Position numbers and translations under genes: made by a program. This document shows positions 38,006-48,945 of a stretch of DNA of 64,000 nt, in pieces. The stretch comes from Candidatus Woesearchaeota archaeon. Its GTDB lineage: Archaea; Nanobdellota; Nanobdellia; Woesearchaeales; DSVV01. Position 1 is the stretch's first letter, and every line of letters starts with the position of its first letter. The notes beneath the pieces are model-generated. The model was not told the origin of the DNA. It did no database searches and saw only the letters and a program-made list of their open reading frames with translations. The DNA is taken from assembly GCA_038884615.1 (NCBI GenBank), contig JAWABL010000003.1, forward strand, positions 9,038 through 73,037. The letters are read 5' to 3'.

Positions 38006-38551
38006 ATGACGCTAAACGGCGTTAAAGAAGAGATAATTAGCAGTGCGAAAGCAAAGGCAAAACAGATCATTGAAGCTGCAAAAAAAGAAGCCCATGAGAT
38101 AGAGCGTAAGGCAGAGGAAGACTTTGAGAAAAGAGAAAGTGCATTTAGGGAAGAGACAAAAAACCTCATATCTGCATTAAGGATGAGGGAAAGGTCCTCT
38201 GCGAACCTTGAGGCAAAGAAACTGGTTTTCGAAGCTAAAAAAAAGCAGATTGACGATGTGTTTACTCTTGCAAAAAAAGAGATATCAAAGCTTTCTTCAA
38301 AGGAGCGCGAAAAAATTATGAAATCATTCATCAAGAAAGCGAAAGAAGAGATGGATATTGCAAGAGTATACTGCAATAAACAGGACATGAAATATATTGA
38401 AGGTGTTGAGGTAAAAAGCGCAGAAATCTCAGGTGGGCTCATAGCCGAGAACAAAGATGGCTCAATTAGGATAGATTATAGCCTAGACACACTGCTAAAC
38501 GAGGCTCGCGAAAAGGAGCTTCAGGCTGTTGTTGGTGTACTTTTCAAATAG
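38006..38551 (+). CDS. atpE: A-type ATP synthase subunit E
   Basis: 181 aa: charged helical N-terminus plus a globular C-terminus typical of the A/V-type peripheral stalk subunit E. Confidence 0.85.
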   Translation: MTLNGVKEEIISSAKAKAKQIIEAAKKEAHEIERKAEEDFEKRESAFREETKNLISALRMRERSSANLEAKKLVFEAKKKQIDDVFTLAKKEISKLSSKEREKIMKSFIKKAKEEMDIARVYCNKQDMKYIEGVEVKSAEISGGLIAENKDGSIRIDYSLDTLLNEAREKELQAVVGVLFK

Positions 38552-38602
38552 ATTGGGCTAAGAGTAGAGTTTGTAGAAAGATAATATAGAAGGACGAGGA
38601 TA

Positions 38603-39655
38603 ATGAAACTAAACACAAAAATTAAACTTAGGTCAAAAGGATATCCGTACACTTATGCGCGGATAAGCGTGATGCGAAGAAATCTTCTTCCAAGAAATGA
38701 GTACCATAAGCTCATGAAAATGAAAGTTGAGAGCATCGCCCGCTATCTTGAAGAGTCAAGCTACAAGTCTGCGATAGACAAGGAGGGTCTGCGCTATAGG
38801 GGGGCTGATCTTATTGAACACTCCCTAAATGTTGACCTTGTGAACACTTTCATAAAGTTGCGCCGGATAAGCCCTCCTGAGGTGCGCATACTCATAGATA
38901 CCTATGCTGGAAGATGGGACATGTATAATATAAAAACAGTCATAAGAGGTATATATAGCAAAGCAGATAAGAACTATATTAAGTCACTTCTTATACCGGC
39001 TGGCTTGCTTGACGAGATGGTTCTTGATGAGCTCCTAAAAAAAGAAAGTGTAGAGAACATTATAAGAAGTACAAGGATATTAAAGCTTGAAAAAGTCAAG
39101 GACGCCCTCCGAACACTGTCTGAAACAAGGAAGCTTGTTGAGATAGAAAACAAGCTTGACCAGATATATTACGAGAATTGCCTTCTTGTAGCAAAGCGGC
39201 TTGGTCATGAGGGGAAACTTTTTAGAAAATTTCTTATGATGGAGATAGACATTATAAATATAAGAAACATATTAAGAATGAAGAGAGAGAAATTTGACAA
39301 AAAGGAGTGCATGAGTTACATTATTTTCTCAGGAGAGAAACTTAAGAAAGGTATGCTTGAAAAGCTTGCAGCGCTTGAAAGCGTTGAGTCAGTGGTTGAA
39401 GAGCTAAAAAAAACAAACTACGGAGAACTGCTCAAAAACACACAATCCTCGCTCATAGATGCTGAGCTTGAACTGGACAGATATCTTATAAAACGTTCAT
39501 TCCTATATACACATCAGTATCCAATGAGCGTTATGTCTATTCTTGCATTCATGCTAGGAAAGATTATGGAAGTGAAAAATTTAAAGACCATTGCCAAAGC
39601 AAAACAGCTTGGAATTGAAGAAAGCATTATAGAAGAAAAACTGGTGGTAGTCTGA
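38603..39655 (+). CDS. atpC: A-type ATP synthase subunit C (V-type d)
   Basis: 350-aa all-helical protein in the conserved operon position. Confidence 0.85.
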   Translation: MKLNTKIKLRSKGYPYTYARISVMRRNLLPRNEYHKLMKMKVESIARYLEESSYKSAIDKEGLRYRGADLIEHSLNVDLVNTFIKLRRISPPEVRILIDTYAGRWDMYNIKTVIRGIYSKADKNYIKSLLIPAGLLDEMVLDELLKKESVENIIRSTRILKLEKVKDALRTLSETRKLVEIENKLDQIYYENCLLVAKRLGHEGKLFRKFLMMEIDIINIRNILRMKREKFDKKECMSYIIFSGEKLKKGMLEKLAALESVESVVEELKKTNYGELLKNTQSSLIDAELELDRYLIKRSFLYTHQYPMSVMSILAFMLGKIMEVKNLKTIAKAKQLGIEESIIEEKLVVV

Positions 39656-39960
39656 TGTCAGAGATTGTTGCACTAGGCTCAAACGAATTTGTAGTTGGGT
39701 TTCAGCTTGCAGGTGTTAGAGCTATGGAAACCGAGCCAAATAGAGTCAACGAATCCGCTGAAAAACTTATTGAAGACTCAACAGTAGGCATAGTTATACT
39801 CGGTCAAGAGACATATCAGTTATTAAGCCAAAACATGAAGGAGCGCGTACTTCAGTCCATTAAACCAGTATTTGTAGTTTTATCCGAACAGGAGTCCAGC
39901 GAAGAACTCAGAATGCTTATAAAAAAATCAATAGGTGTTGATTTATGGAATAAGGAGTGA
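39655..39960 (+). CDS. atpF: A-type ATP synthase subunit F
   Basis: 101 aa ([20 protein letters not shown]...). Typical AtpF. Confidence 0.85.
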   Translation: MSEIVALGSNEFVVGFQLAGVRAMETEPNRVNESAEKLIEDSTVGIVILGQETYQLLSQNMKERVLQSIKPVFVVLSEQESSEELRMLIKKSIGVDLWNKE

Positions 39961-39964
39961 TATC

Positions 39965-41707
39965 ATGGAGAAGGTTACAAAAAAAGGCGTACTTTACAGG
40001 ATTGCAGGACCTGTTGTTGTCGCAAAAAACATCAGTGCACGGATGTACGATGTTGTAAGAGTTGGAAACGAACGGCTTATGGGTGAAGTAATTCAAATAA
40101 ATGAAGACGAAACAGTTATTCAAGTCTATGAGGACACATCTGGCTTAAAGCCAGGAGAACCTGTAGAAAACACCGGACTCCCTCTTTCAGTAGAGCTTGG
40201 ACCGGGTATGCTTACAAGTATATATGATGGGATACAACGACCGCTTCCTGCCCTAAAACAAAAGATGGGGGATTTCATAAGGAGAGGAGTTGATGCTCCA
40301 GGACTAAGCCATACGAAAAAGTGGGATTTTAAAGCAATAGCAAAAAAAGGAGAGGTTGTAACACCTGGAATGGTTATTGGAGAGGTTGAGGAAACAGAAG
40401 GTCTTATGCATAGGATTATGGTTCCGCATGGTGTTCAAGGTAAAATAAAGGAGATAAAAAGCGGAAAATTTACTGTGACAGAGACTATATGCATACTGGA
40501 AGATGGAAGTGAAATTAAGATGATGCAAAAGTGGCCAGTTAGGGTTCCAAGACCTGTAAAAAACAAGCTTGCACCTGAGATTCCGCTTATCACAGGACAA
40601 AGAATATTTGACATTCTCTTTCCGCTCGCAAAAGGTGGAGTTGCTGCAATCCCGGGTCCATTTGGTGCAGGAAAAACAGTTTCGCAGCAGCAGCTAGCGA
40701 AATGGGCTGATGCAGATATTATAGTTTATGTGGGCTGCGGTGAACGCGGAAACGAGATGACAGAAGTTCTTACAGAGTTTCCTCATCTAATAGACCCAAG
40801 GACAAAGAGGCCTTTGATGAACCGAACGGTGCTTATTGCAAACACCTCAAACATGCCAGTTGCAGCAAGAGAAGCAAGCATATATACCGGAGTAACAATC
40901 GCAGAGTATTACAGGGATATGGGGTATAATGTAGCGCTTATGGCAGATTCTACATCAAGATGGGCAGAAGCTATGAGAGAGATATCATCAAGACTTGAAG
41001 AAATGCCTGGCGAGGAAGGTTATCCTGCGTATCTTTCAACAAGGCTTGCAGAGTTTTACGAACGAAGCGGCAGAGTTATTCCTATGGGCGTTGAAAAGGA
41101 AGGCAGCGTGACTATAATAGGCGCAGTAAGCCCACCAGGAGGAGACTTTTCAGAGCCAGTCACACAGTCCACGCTAAGAGTTACAAAAACATTCTGGGCT
41201 CTTGACGCAAAGCTTGCGCAGAGAAGGCATTTTCCTTCAATAAACTGGCTTACTTCATACTCGCTTTATCTAAGCACACTAGAGCCATGGTTTGCGCAGA
41301 ACATCGCAGGAGACTGGAGAAACTGCGTTGACCAGATAATGACAATACTCCAAGAAGAAGAAAAGCTTATGGAGATTGTGCAGCTTGTAGGAAGTGACGC
41401 ACTGCCTGAGAAAGAGCAGCTGACGCTTGAGGTTGCAAGGCTTATCAGAGAGTTCGTACTTCAGCAGAACGCCTATCATGAAATTGACACTTACTGCGAC
41501 CTGAAAAAAAGCTATAAGCTTATGAAGACTGTTCTTTATTTCAATGAGATCGCAAACGGATCGCTTGCCGCAGGAACAGGAATAAAACGAATTCTTGCAA
41601 CAAAATCAAAAACAAAGATTGGAAATGCTAAATTCGAAAAAGACTATGAGAAGCTGCTTGATGGTGTCAAGAAAGAGATTGAGCAGGAATTCAAATCATT
41701 AGGGTGA
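39965..41707 (+). CDS. atpA: A-type ATP synthase catalytic subunit A
   Basis: P-loop [12 protein letters not shown] motifs and the non-homologous region characteristic of the A subunit. The likely start is [18 protein letters not shown] at 39965 rather than the track's 39935, which overlaps atpF. Confidence 0.9.
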   Translation: MEKVTKKGVLYRIAGPVVVAKNISARMYDVVRVGNERLMGEVIQINEDETVIQVYEDTSGLKPGEPVENTGLPLSVELGPGMLTSIYDGIQRPLPALKQKMGDFIRRGVDAPGLSHTKKWDFKAIAKKGEVVTPGMVIGEVEETEGLMHRIMVPHGVQGKIKEIKSGKFTVTETICILEDGSEIKMMQKWPVRVPRPVKNKLAPEIPLITGQRIFDILFPLAKGGVAAIPGPFGAGKTVSQQQLAKWADADIIVYVGCGERGNEMTEVLTEFPHLIDPRTKRPLMNRTVLIANTSNMPVAAREASIYTGVTIAEYYRDMGYNVALMADSTSRWAEAMREISSRLEEMPGEEGYPAYLSTRLAEFYERSGRVIPMGVEKEGSVTIIGAVSPPGGDFSEPVTQSTLRVTKTFWALDAKLAQRRHFPSINWLTSYSLYLSTLEPWFAQNIAGDWRNCVDQIMTILQEEEKLMEIVQLVGSDALPEKEQLTLEVARLIREFVLQQNAYHEIDTYCDLKKSYKLMKTVLYFNEIANGSLAAGTGIKRILATKSKTKIGNAKFEKDYEKLLDGVKKEIEQEFKSLG

Positions 41708-43077
41708 TTGCGATGAAAGAGTATAAAACCATTACACGAGTTGCGGGTCCGCTCATTTTTGTAGAAAAAACAGACCCCATTGGATATAATGACCTTGTCT
41801 CCATAAAACTTCCGGATGGAAGAATAAAACAAGGCCAGGTGCTTGATACATCAGAAAATATTGTTGTTGTTCAGGTTTTTGAAGGAACATCTGGCATTGA
41901 TAGGGAAACGAGGGTTAAGTTTCTTGGAGAAACCATAAAGCTTTCAGTGTCTAGGGACATGCTTGGAAGAATCCTTAATGGAGCTGGAAAACCTATTGAT
42001 GGAGGACCGGAGATAATACCGGAAAAAAGGATGGACATAACAGGAGCAGCAATAAATCCATATTCAAGAGCGAGTCCAGCTGATTTTATTCAGACGGGAA
42101 TAAGCACAATTGACGCCATGAACACGCTTGTACGTGGTCAAAAGCTTCCTATATTTTCAGGCTCTGGACTGCCGCATAACGAGATTGCGCTTCAGATAGC
42201 AAGACAGGCGAAGGTAAGAACTGAGGGTACAAGCTTCGCGATAATTTTTGCGGCGATGGGCATTACAAACGAAGAGGCCCAATATTTTATGAAGGACCTT
42301 GAAGAAACTGGCGCGCTTGAAAGAGCAGTAGTTTTTTTGAATCTTGCAGATGACCCTGCCGTTGAAAGGCTTATTACCCCAAGGATGGCGCTTACAGCAG
42401 CTGAGTATTTTGCTTACGAGCATGATATGCATGTGCTTGTCATATTGACAGACATGACCAACTATTGTGAAAGCCTAAGAGAGATTGGCGCTGCGCGTGA
42501 GGAGATTCCTGGAAGAAGGGGCTATCCAGGCTACATGTACACAGACCTAGCTAGCATATATGAAAGGGCAGGAATGATACATGGGAGAAAAGGTTCTATT
42601 ACACAGTTCCCTATACTAACGATGGTCGGAGACGACATAACACACCCAATTCCCGACCTAAGTGGGTATATAACGGAAGGACAGATTGTTCTTTCAAGAG
42701 AGCTACATAGAAAAAATGTTTATCCGCCTATTGATGTCCTGCCTTCTCTCTCAAGGCTAATGAATCTAGGCATTGGAAAGTCAAAAACAAGGGATGACCA
42801 TAAGCAAGTTAGTGATCAGCTTTATGCTTTCTATGCAGAGGGAAGAGATCTTCGCGGACTAGTTGCGATAGTTGGCGAAGAAAGCTTAAGCGAGCGCGAC
42901 AAGAGGCTGCTTAAGTTCGCGAAAGAGTTTGAGGATAAATTTGTTCGCCAGGGAAGGACTGAGGACAGATCAATTGAGACCACGCTTAAGATTGGCTGGG
43001 ACCTCCTAAAGATGATACCAAAAGAGGACCTCACAAGAATAAGCCCTGAGCTGAAAGAAAAGTATTATGGAAAATAA
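41704..43077 (+). CDS. atpB: A-type ATP synthase subunit B
   Basis: 457-aa non-catalytic subunit ([12 protein letters not shown]..., [15 protein letters not shown]). Confidence 0.9.
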   Translation: MIAMKEYKTITRVAGPLIFVEKTDPIGYNDLVSIKLPDGRIKQGQVLDTSENIVVVQVFEGTSGIDRETRVKFLGETIKLSVSRDMLGRILNGAGKPIDGGPEIIPEKRMDITGAAINPYSRASPADFIQTGISTIDAMNTLVRGQKLPIFSGSGLPHNEIALQIARQAKVRTEGTSFAIIFAAMGITNEEAQYFMKDLEETGALERAVVFLNLADDPAVERLITPRMALTAAEYFAYEHDMHVLVILTDMTNYCESLREIGAAREEIPGRRGYPGYMYTDLASIYERAGMIHGRKGSITQFPILTMVGDDITHPIPDLSGYITEGQIVLSRELHRKNVYPPIDVLPSLSRLMNLGIGKSKTRDDHKQVSDQLYAFYAEGRDLRGLVAIVGEESLSERDKRLLKFAKEFEDKFVRQGRTEDRSIETTLKIGWDLLKMIPKEDLTRISPELKEKYYGK

Positions 43078-43115
43078 GAGGTAGAAAATAGATAGAGATA
43101 GAACGAGCACTAACA

Positions 43116-44045
43116 ATGATAAGAACAATAAGGTGGGCAAAAATGAAAAAAATAGAGATTGGTGATATTGAAGACCCTGACACTAGAAAATTTTTGAGGG
43201 ACTTAAGTGAGATTCAAGGAACTCCTGAGATTGATGTATATACATGCTCAGATGCAAGGATGAGCGCCGTTCGGCAGATTTTGAGCCAAATGGGGAATGT
43301 TAATATAATATCAACAGCTGGCAACATAGTTGAATCGCCAAATCCAAGGCTATCGATAATTATAGGCCACGGAATCTCGTCGCTTGATAAGGGTTGCGGC
43401 GCGGTTGACTACAAAAAAAGCCTTGAAAAAGAACTTGGCAGGGGGGCTACGCATGGAAATTCTGACGGATTTCCAGGACTCAAAAAAAATGTTTTACCTG
43501 GAATTAAAGACAATGCACATGCCCAGCTTGAGCGGGTTCCTGAAAAGTTCAGGGCTGGAGTATTTTATTTTGAGCAGGACACTGGAAGAATAAGAAGCGA
43601 GCCTTCAAATAGCAAGTATGCAATGTACAAGGAGGGCACGGCGCTTTTTGAAAGGGTTGAGCGCTCACTAAAGGGGTATTTTTCAAATGACGAACTTGAG
43701 GCTATGAAAAGGGGACAGGACCCAAAGATTATTATGGTTACCAATTTCAATGTTGCACAGACAGCCGAGCCTGTTTTCCGTGTGAACGTGCAAAGCGAAA
43801 TAACACAGGTGGTTATGGACTCTTTACATTACGCAGTAAGCCACGCACTTGGAGAAGGAAGTTTCAGAAGCAGCAGAAGTACAATCATTGCGTTAAAAGG
43901 TGGGTTGCCTGAAAGACTCGAAGAGTTTCTCTCAGGATCAAAAATACTCAAAGAGTATGTCCATGGAAACAACGGAAGAGAAAAGGGAAGTCTATACCTC
44001 GTTGAGCTAAGAGGTAATGAGAAGACTGTTTACAAGGCAGTTTAA
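43116..44045 (+). CDS. Uncharacterised 309-aa protein inserted between atpB and atpD. The N-terminal ~100 aa are beta-carbonic-anhydrase-like (CSDAR ... GNVNIISTAGNIV ... IIIGHGISSLDKGCGA). The C-terminal ~170 aa are unknown.
   Basis: C-x-D-x-R and (N/T)AGN(I/V)V-like blocks and a GH...CG segment recur in the beta-CA order, but with shortened spacing (H-x9-C rather than H-x2-C). Confidence 0.6.
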   Translation: MIRTIRWAKMKKIEIGDIEDPDTRKFLRDLSEIQGTPEIDVYTCSDARMSAVRQILSQMGNVNIISTAGNIVESPNPRLSIIIGHGISSLDKGCGAVDYKKSLEKELGRGATHGNSDGFPGLKKNVLPGIKDNAHAQLERVPEKFRAGVFYFEQDTGRIRSEPSNSKYAMYKEGTALFERVERSLKGYFSNDELEAMKRGQDPKIIMVTNFNVAQTAEPVFRVNVQSEITQVVMDSLHYAVSHALGEGSFRSSRSTIIALKGGLPERLEEFLSGSKILKEYVHGNNGREKGSLYLVELRGNEKTVYKAV

Positions 44046-44076
44046 ACCATTTTAAACCGATTCGTGCAGATTAAAA

Positions 44077-44709
44077 ATGTCGCAAAATATAAAGCCAACA
44101 AGGAGTGAACTGATTAATCTCAAGAGAAAGATAAAGCTAGCACAAAGCGGATACAACCTTCTTAAGAAAAAGAGAGATGGACTTATAATGGAGTTCTTTG
44201 AAATTTTGAAAGAAACAAAGACATTAAGGCACGAGCTTGTTGAAGAGTATAGGAATGCGGTTTATAAGATGAACATTGCACGGGCTGCAGAGTCTGACTT
44301 GCATATAAAGTCAACTGCCCTTGCAATCGCACAAAAGCCTGAAATAATGGTGGAAACAAGAAATCTCATGGGAGTCGTTGTCCCGAAGATATCAAGAGAC
44401 TCAGATATAAAGAAGCAGTTTGCACATAGGGGGTATGGAATTATATCAGGAAGTTCAAGAATTGATGAGGCTGCGCACAGCTTTGAGATTGTAGTTGAGA
44501 AAGCAATCAAGGTGGCTGAAGCTGAGATTTCAATGAAAAAGCTACTGATAGAAATTGAGAAAACAAAAAGGCGCGTCAATGGGCTTGAATTCGAAATAAT
44601 TCCAAGGATGACAAGGCTAAAAAATTTCATCACCTTAAGGCTTGAAGAGATGGAGAGAGAGAATACATTCAGAATGAAGAGAATAAAAGGAAAAGAGGAC
44701 AGAGAATAA
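44077..44709 (+). CDS. atpD: A-type ATP synthase subunit D (central stalk)
   Basis: 210 aa (TRSELINLKRKIKLAQSGYNLLKKKRD...). Typical AtpD. Confidence 0.9.
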   Translation: MSQNIKPTRSELINLKRKIKLAQSGYNLLKKKRDGLIMEFFEILKETKTLRHELVEEYRNAVYKMNIARAAESDLHIKSTALAIAQKPEIMVETRNLMGVVVPKISRDSDIKKQFAHRGYGIISGSSRIDEAAHSFEIVVEKAIKVAEAEISMKKLLIEIEKTKRRVNGLEFEIIPRMTRLKNFITLRLEEMERENTFRMKRIKGKEDRE

Positions 44710-44764
44710 TTCATCATTATAATGTTACTAAGATTTCCATAAAAAAAGAGTCAGAAGTTACCTT

Positions 44765-45613
44765 CTAAAGAACCATTGCTGCATACTCGCACATCGACAT
44801 AAGCTTTATTTTATGTAGATTAGCTTTAATAAACTCAACAACTGTATCCCAATACGCTTTTCCTCCATTATAGAACTTCTGAGAGTGCATTGAGATAATT
44901 ACTGCTTTTTTTATTTCAATCTCCTTTTTTAGCATTCTTTCAAGCTCGCTGTTTGAAATGCCAGCAAGATGCCAATTATAGTCCATACCAAGAAGTTTAC
45001 ATTTATTGTCTCTTATATATTGTGGAACGCCTATCACTTTTATTCCAAAATGCATCCTAAGAAAATCGCCTGCATGAGACGTATCGTACTGATAGCCGAG
45101 CTCTCGAAGCGCTTCATACATCGCGTCATTATAGCTTAAATACGGCGCACGGAATCCAACAGCCTTATATGGTCTGCCATTTTTAAAAAATAGTTTCTCA
45201 ATATGCCCATCAAACTCAGAAAGCTCATCAACCCACTGCTGCTTGCTCCAATTTTTTCCATTTTTTCCTCCATCATAATGCCTTACTGTATGCGAACCGA
45301 TCTCATGCCCCTCTTCTATTGCCTTGCTCATCAGCTCCAGTCTTTTAGATATGTCCTGCTTTGAAGAACATCCTAAAGTTGACCCACCTTTTATGGTTTC
45401 AAAAAGGCTCACAGTGTTTATAAAATAGGTAAACTTTGTTTGACATCCTGAGAGTTCAGACAACTCCCTTGAGAGGCGCAAGGACTCATTAATAGTATCA
45501 GTGTAACTAATTCCATCTATACATAAGATTAGCGGTTTTCTTTCTCCTAAAACAGCATCAATGCCTACACCAACAAGCCCTTTAATAAACTGCCTTCTGT
45601 TGATAGTATTCAT
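44765..45613 (-). CDS. NodB-type polysaccharide deacetylase (CE4) with a Tat signal
   Basis: N-terminal NRRQFIKGLVGVG twin-arginine motif. CE4 His motif GSHTVRH and Asp-containing motif 1. Confidence 0.78.
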   Translation of the reverse strand: MNTINRRQFIKGLVGVGIDAVLGERKPLILCIDGISYTDTINESLRLSRELSELSGCQTKFTYFINTVSLFETIKGGSTLGCSSKQDISKRLELMSKAIEEGHEIGSHTVRHYDGGKNGKNWSKQQWVDELSEFDGHIEKLFFKNGRPYKAVGFRAPYLSYNDAMYEALRELGYQYDTSHAGDFLRMHFGIKVIGVPQYIRDNKCKLLGMDYNWHLAGISNSELERMLKKEIEIKKAVIISMHSQKFYNGGKAYWDTVVEFIKANLHKIKLMSMCEYAAMVL

Positions 45614-45667
45614 TAGTGCTCACCTAAAGCATATTGCTAACTCTACATTTTGTAAGGAGGAACCAAA

Positions 45668-46282
45668 TTATTTTAGTATTTTTTTTATATCCTCAAATAT
45701 CAAGGCAATATGTCTTTCACCATCAATCCTTTGGTGTACGCCTCTTTTTTTATAGAAATCAATTACCGGAGCTGTCTCCTTATGGTATAATTCAAGCCTT
45801 TTTTTAACAGCATCAGGCTTATCATCGTCACGCACCTTAAGTTTTCCACCACACTTTAAGCATTTCTTAGCATTGTCTAAATAGCCGTAGATGGCACCGC
45901 AGTTTTCGCAGTTTTTCCTGCCTGAAATCCTTCTGACTGCCTCTTTGTCGCTTATATAAATCTCAAGTGCAAGGTCTATCCTCGCGACTTTTTCAAGCGC
46001 CTCTGCCTGATTTATTGTACGCGGATATCCATCAAGAACAAATCCCTTTTTGCAGTCTTTTTTTGCAATCCTGTCTGCAACTATAGCGTTTGTAACATCA
46101 TCCGGTACAAGCATTCCCTTAGCTATATAACTTTCCGCAATCTTTCCAAGCTCAGTTTTACTCTTGATATTTTCCCTAAAGATATCTCCTGTGGAGATAT
46201 GCGGCCAAGCAAATTCTTGAGAGATAAGCTTAGCCTGTGTTCCCTTGCCAGAGCCTTGGAGTCCAAGCATAACAACGTTCAT
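45668..46282 (-). CDS. adk: Adenylate kinase (short bacterial/eukaryotic type with Zn-lid)
   Basis: P-loop GLQGSGKGTQA, the STGDIFR motif, and lid cysteines C-x2-C...C-x2-C. Confidence 0.85.
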   Translation of the reverse strand: MNVVMLGLQGSGKGTQAKLISQEFAWPHISTGDIFRENIKSKTELGKIAESYIAKGMLVPDDVTNAIVADRIAKKDCKKGFVLDGYPRTINQAEALEKVARIDLALEIYISDKEAVRRISGRKNCENCGAIYGYLDNAKKCLKCGGKLKVRDDDKPDAVKKRLELYHKETAPVIDFYKKRGVHQRIDGERHIALIFEDIKKILK

Positions 46283-46422
46283 ATTTTTCAGAAGATAAAA
46301 CTAATATTTATACTTAACCGAATATTCATACTCACACTTACAATACATCAATGATAAGAAATTGGAAGCCTGAATAATATAATATATATAATTAAGAAGG
46401 AGAGTATAATTTTTTATATTAG

Positions 46423-47745
46423 ATGCTTAAAATAATGTCTAAAATGCGCATTGCAATATTCACTGACACATTTCACCCAGAAGTTAACGGGGTGGTCTTC
46501 TCAATCTTGAACTTTTCAAAAATTCTTGCAGAAAGGGGCCATGTAATAAAGATATTTGCACCTAGACACAAACACGATATACCGCTAAAACTGCCAAAAA
46601 ACATATCAATTGAAAGACACTATTCAGTTCCACTAGCAACATACAAAGATGTAAGCATCGTATTTCCAAACATTTTTAGGATAGTCCGCCGAATAAAAAG
46701 GTTTGCTCCTGACATGATTCATATTCATAGTCCATCAACCATGGGGCTCGCCGGGCTTTTTGCAAGCAAGACGCTGAAGATTCCTACAGTAGGAACTTTC
46801 CATACATTATTAACTGAGCAAACAACATATGTTTCACTTGCACGAATAACCAGATTTGACAAAGTAAAAGAAAAAGCGATTGACAAGCTTATGAGCAGTT
46901 TCCTAAATAAAGTTATGAAAAATGCTAATAAGAGTAAAATAAAAAGGAAAATAGAAAGACACCTTATAAGAAAGGTCAGACTAAAAAAAATCAAGAAGAA
47001 GGGAGACAGTAGGGTTATATGGTTCTTGCTTGCAAAGTTTTATAACTGCTGTGATGTTGTAACAACACCTACAAAAATAATTAGGAAGGTGCTTATCGCC
47101 AATCACATAAAAGCAAAAAAAATAAGGGTATTGTCAAACGGAATTAACATGGGAAGATGGCGCAGAAAAAAATGCTATAAGAGAAGCAACATAGTCATAC
47201 ATGTAGGAAGGATTGGTTTTGAAAAAAATATTGATGTGCTCATACATGCTATAAAGATTGTTACAGAAAAAAACCCAAAGATAAAACTTTATATTGTGGG
47301 CATGGGACCTGCTGAGGCAAGTATTAAAAGTCTTGTAAATCGTCTTGGCATTGAAAAAAATGTTAAATTTATTGGCAAAGTAGCGCATGAAAAGCTCTCT
47401 AGATACTATACAAAAGCGGATGTTTTCGCCACTGCAAGCACGATGGAAACCCAAGGTCTCGTAATTCTTGAAGCAATGGCATGCGGACTTCCAATTGTAG
47501 GAGTAAATAAGTATGCCATCCCTGAAATAGTCAAGCATGAAAGGAACGGATTTATTGTCCGGCCTTTTGACCCAAGTTCTATGGCTGAATGCATAAAACT
47601 CTTAATTGAAGATTATTCCCTTCGTAAAAGGATGGGCAAGCAAAACATAGATGATATAAAAGCACATAACCTCGGTGTGGTTGTTACCTTACTTGAAAAG
47701 ATATACAAAGACTGCATTCAGCATTATAGAAATAAAGAGAGGTAA
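46423..47745 (+). CDS. GT4-family glycosyltransferase (GT-B fold) with a ~90-aa basic insertion
   Basis: N-terminal FHPEVNGV..., C-terminal E..G(L/I)V.LEAMACGLP(I/V)VG motif. The insertion lies around residues 150-240 (KKIKKKGDSR...). Confidence 0.8.
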   Translation: MLKIMSKMRIAIFTDTFHPEVNGVVFSILNFSKILAERGHVIKIFAPRHKHDIPLKLPKNISIERHYSVPLATYKDVSIVFPNIFRIVRRIKRFAPDMIHIHSPSTMGLAGLFASKTLKIPTVGTFHTLLTEQTTYVSLARITRFDKVKEKAIDKLMSSFLNKVMKNANKSKIKRKIERHLIRKVRLKKIKKKGDSRVIWFLLAKFYNCCDVVTTPTKIIRKVLIANHIKAKKIRVLSNGINMGRWRRKKCYKRSNIVIHVGRIGFEKNIDVLIHAIKIVTEKNPKIKLYIVGMGPAEASIKSLVNRLGIEKNVKFIGKVAHEKLSRYYTKADVFATASTMETQGLVILEAMACGLPIVGVNKYAIPEIVKHERNGFIVRPFDPSSMAECIKLLIEDYSLRKRMGKQNIDDIKAHNLGVVVTLLEKIYKDCIQHYRNKER

Positions 47746-47840
47746 GCACTGTAGAAAGTTAGATTAAAGATATTTAATATATTAAGGATAGATTAAAATT
47801 ACATAACAAGAAGAAAATATATAAAATATTATATAAGTGG

Positions 47841-48668
47841 TTATGCTCTTTTTAGTCCTATTGCAAACAAGAAGGCTTTTCTAAGTAAAACCTTTTTTTT
47901 GTTAAGCTGTGCCGTTTTATAGCCGAAGTTATCAACAACCCTAAGCGGTTTGAGCCAACCTGCGTTATGAACCACAGGAATAACCTCACCAGATTTCAGG
48001 TAAAATATTCCTTTTTTGATGAAGAAAGGTTCTCTTGCAACAGAGGGTATGAAATTATATTTCTCGGACAATTCAACAAAGCCATGCTCATAGAGATAGA
48101 AGTTTATAAATAACTGGTCGGCTCCAAACATCTTTTTATCTATTTTAGAGAGAGTTTCCTTACAGAGTGTTTTTAAAAGCCTGCAATTCCCTATAATAAG
48201 TCCTGTGTTTATCATTTTTTTGCCTTGTATATAATTTAGAAGGTTTAAAAACTCGTGTTTTGTACCTGTCTTAAAAATAAGCAAAGATAGCTTAATAAAG
48301 CGGGATTGAATAAGATTTTCGCAAACGACCCTAAAACTTTTTTTATTTTCTTCGAAGAGGTGGCTTATATCCTTTTGAAATATGATATCACCACCATCAC
48401 AGAACATAATCTGGTCGTATTTTTTGTGCGTAAGGAAAGTAGCTGCATCCCTAAAGCGATTGATGACAATTGGACCATCATTTACACACCTGTAAAGTAT
48501 GGCTCCATGCTCCTTGAGTACGCTTCTTTGCTTTTCCGACATACCATAGTCAAGCACAACAACATCAATATCCTTTAGATTCACATTTGTGCGAAGCGAA
48601 AAAAACCAGTGATTTACAAGAAAATCGCCGCATTTTTCATCAGAACAGGTAATGATTGCATTTTTCAC
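47841..48668 (-). CDS. Putative GT-A-fold nucleotide-sugar transferase-like protein
   Basis: 275 aa. Rossmann-like N-terminal region with an Asp-rich segment (FCDGGDIIF). Weak. Confidence 0.4.
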   Translation of the reverse strand: MKNAIITCSDEKCGDFLVNHWFFSLRTNVNLKDIDVVVLDYGMSEKQRSVLKEHGAILYRCVNDGPIVINRFRDAATFLTHKKYDQIMFCDGGDIIFQKDISHLFEENKKSFRVVCENLIQSRFIKLSLLIFKTGTKHEFLNLLNYIQGKKMINTGLIIGNCRLLKTLCKETLSKIDKKMFGADQLFINFYLYEHGFVELSEKYNFIPSVAREPFFIKKGIFYLKSGEVIPVVHNAGWLKPLRVVDNFGYKTAQLNKKKVLLRKAFLFAIGLKRA

Positions 48669-48714
48669 GCTACTTCACACCGTTATTTGTTATAAATAGT
48701 TTTCTTTTTCCTAT

Positions 48715-48877
48715 GGCTGCGTTCAAAATCTCGTTTTCGGTCGGCTTACCATCATTGGCACTTTTCCGTTCAAATGAAAATATCTGGTTCTCCGTATGGA
48801 ACAACTCACCTCAAACCCATATATGATTCCTGAATGTGCATACGCGGTGGATGCTAACACACTTTTTGAACGGTGCC
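48715..48877 (-). mobile_element. MITE copy C (~163 bp), inverted relative to copies A and B. Hybrid termini (GGCTGCG... at one end, ...CGGTGCC at the other). TSD TTTTTCCTAT.
   Basis: Internal sequence is the reverse complement of copy A. Direct repeat tttttcctat at 48705-48714 and 48878-48887. Confidence 0.85.
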
Positions 48878-48945
48878 TTTTTCCTATAAATCTTTTTTTC
48901 TATAACAAAATAGAAGCATAAAGTAGCAAAAGGAAGAAGGAGCTC

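Noticed and set aside
43116-44045. Calling the atp-operon insert a bona fide beta-carbonic anhydrase
   Set aside because: The motif order matches, but the His-Cys spacing (H-x9-C) and the shortened inter-motif region deviate from catalytic beta-CAs. It is therefore reported only as beta-CA-like and uncharacterised.
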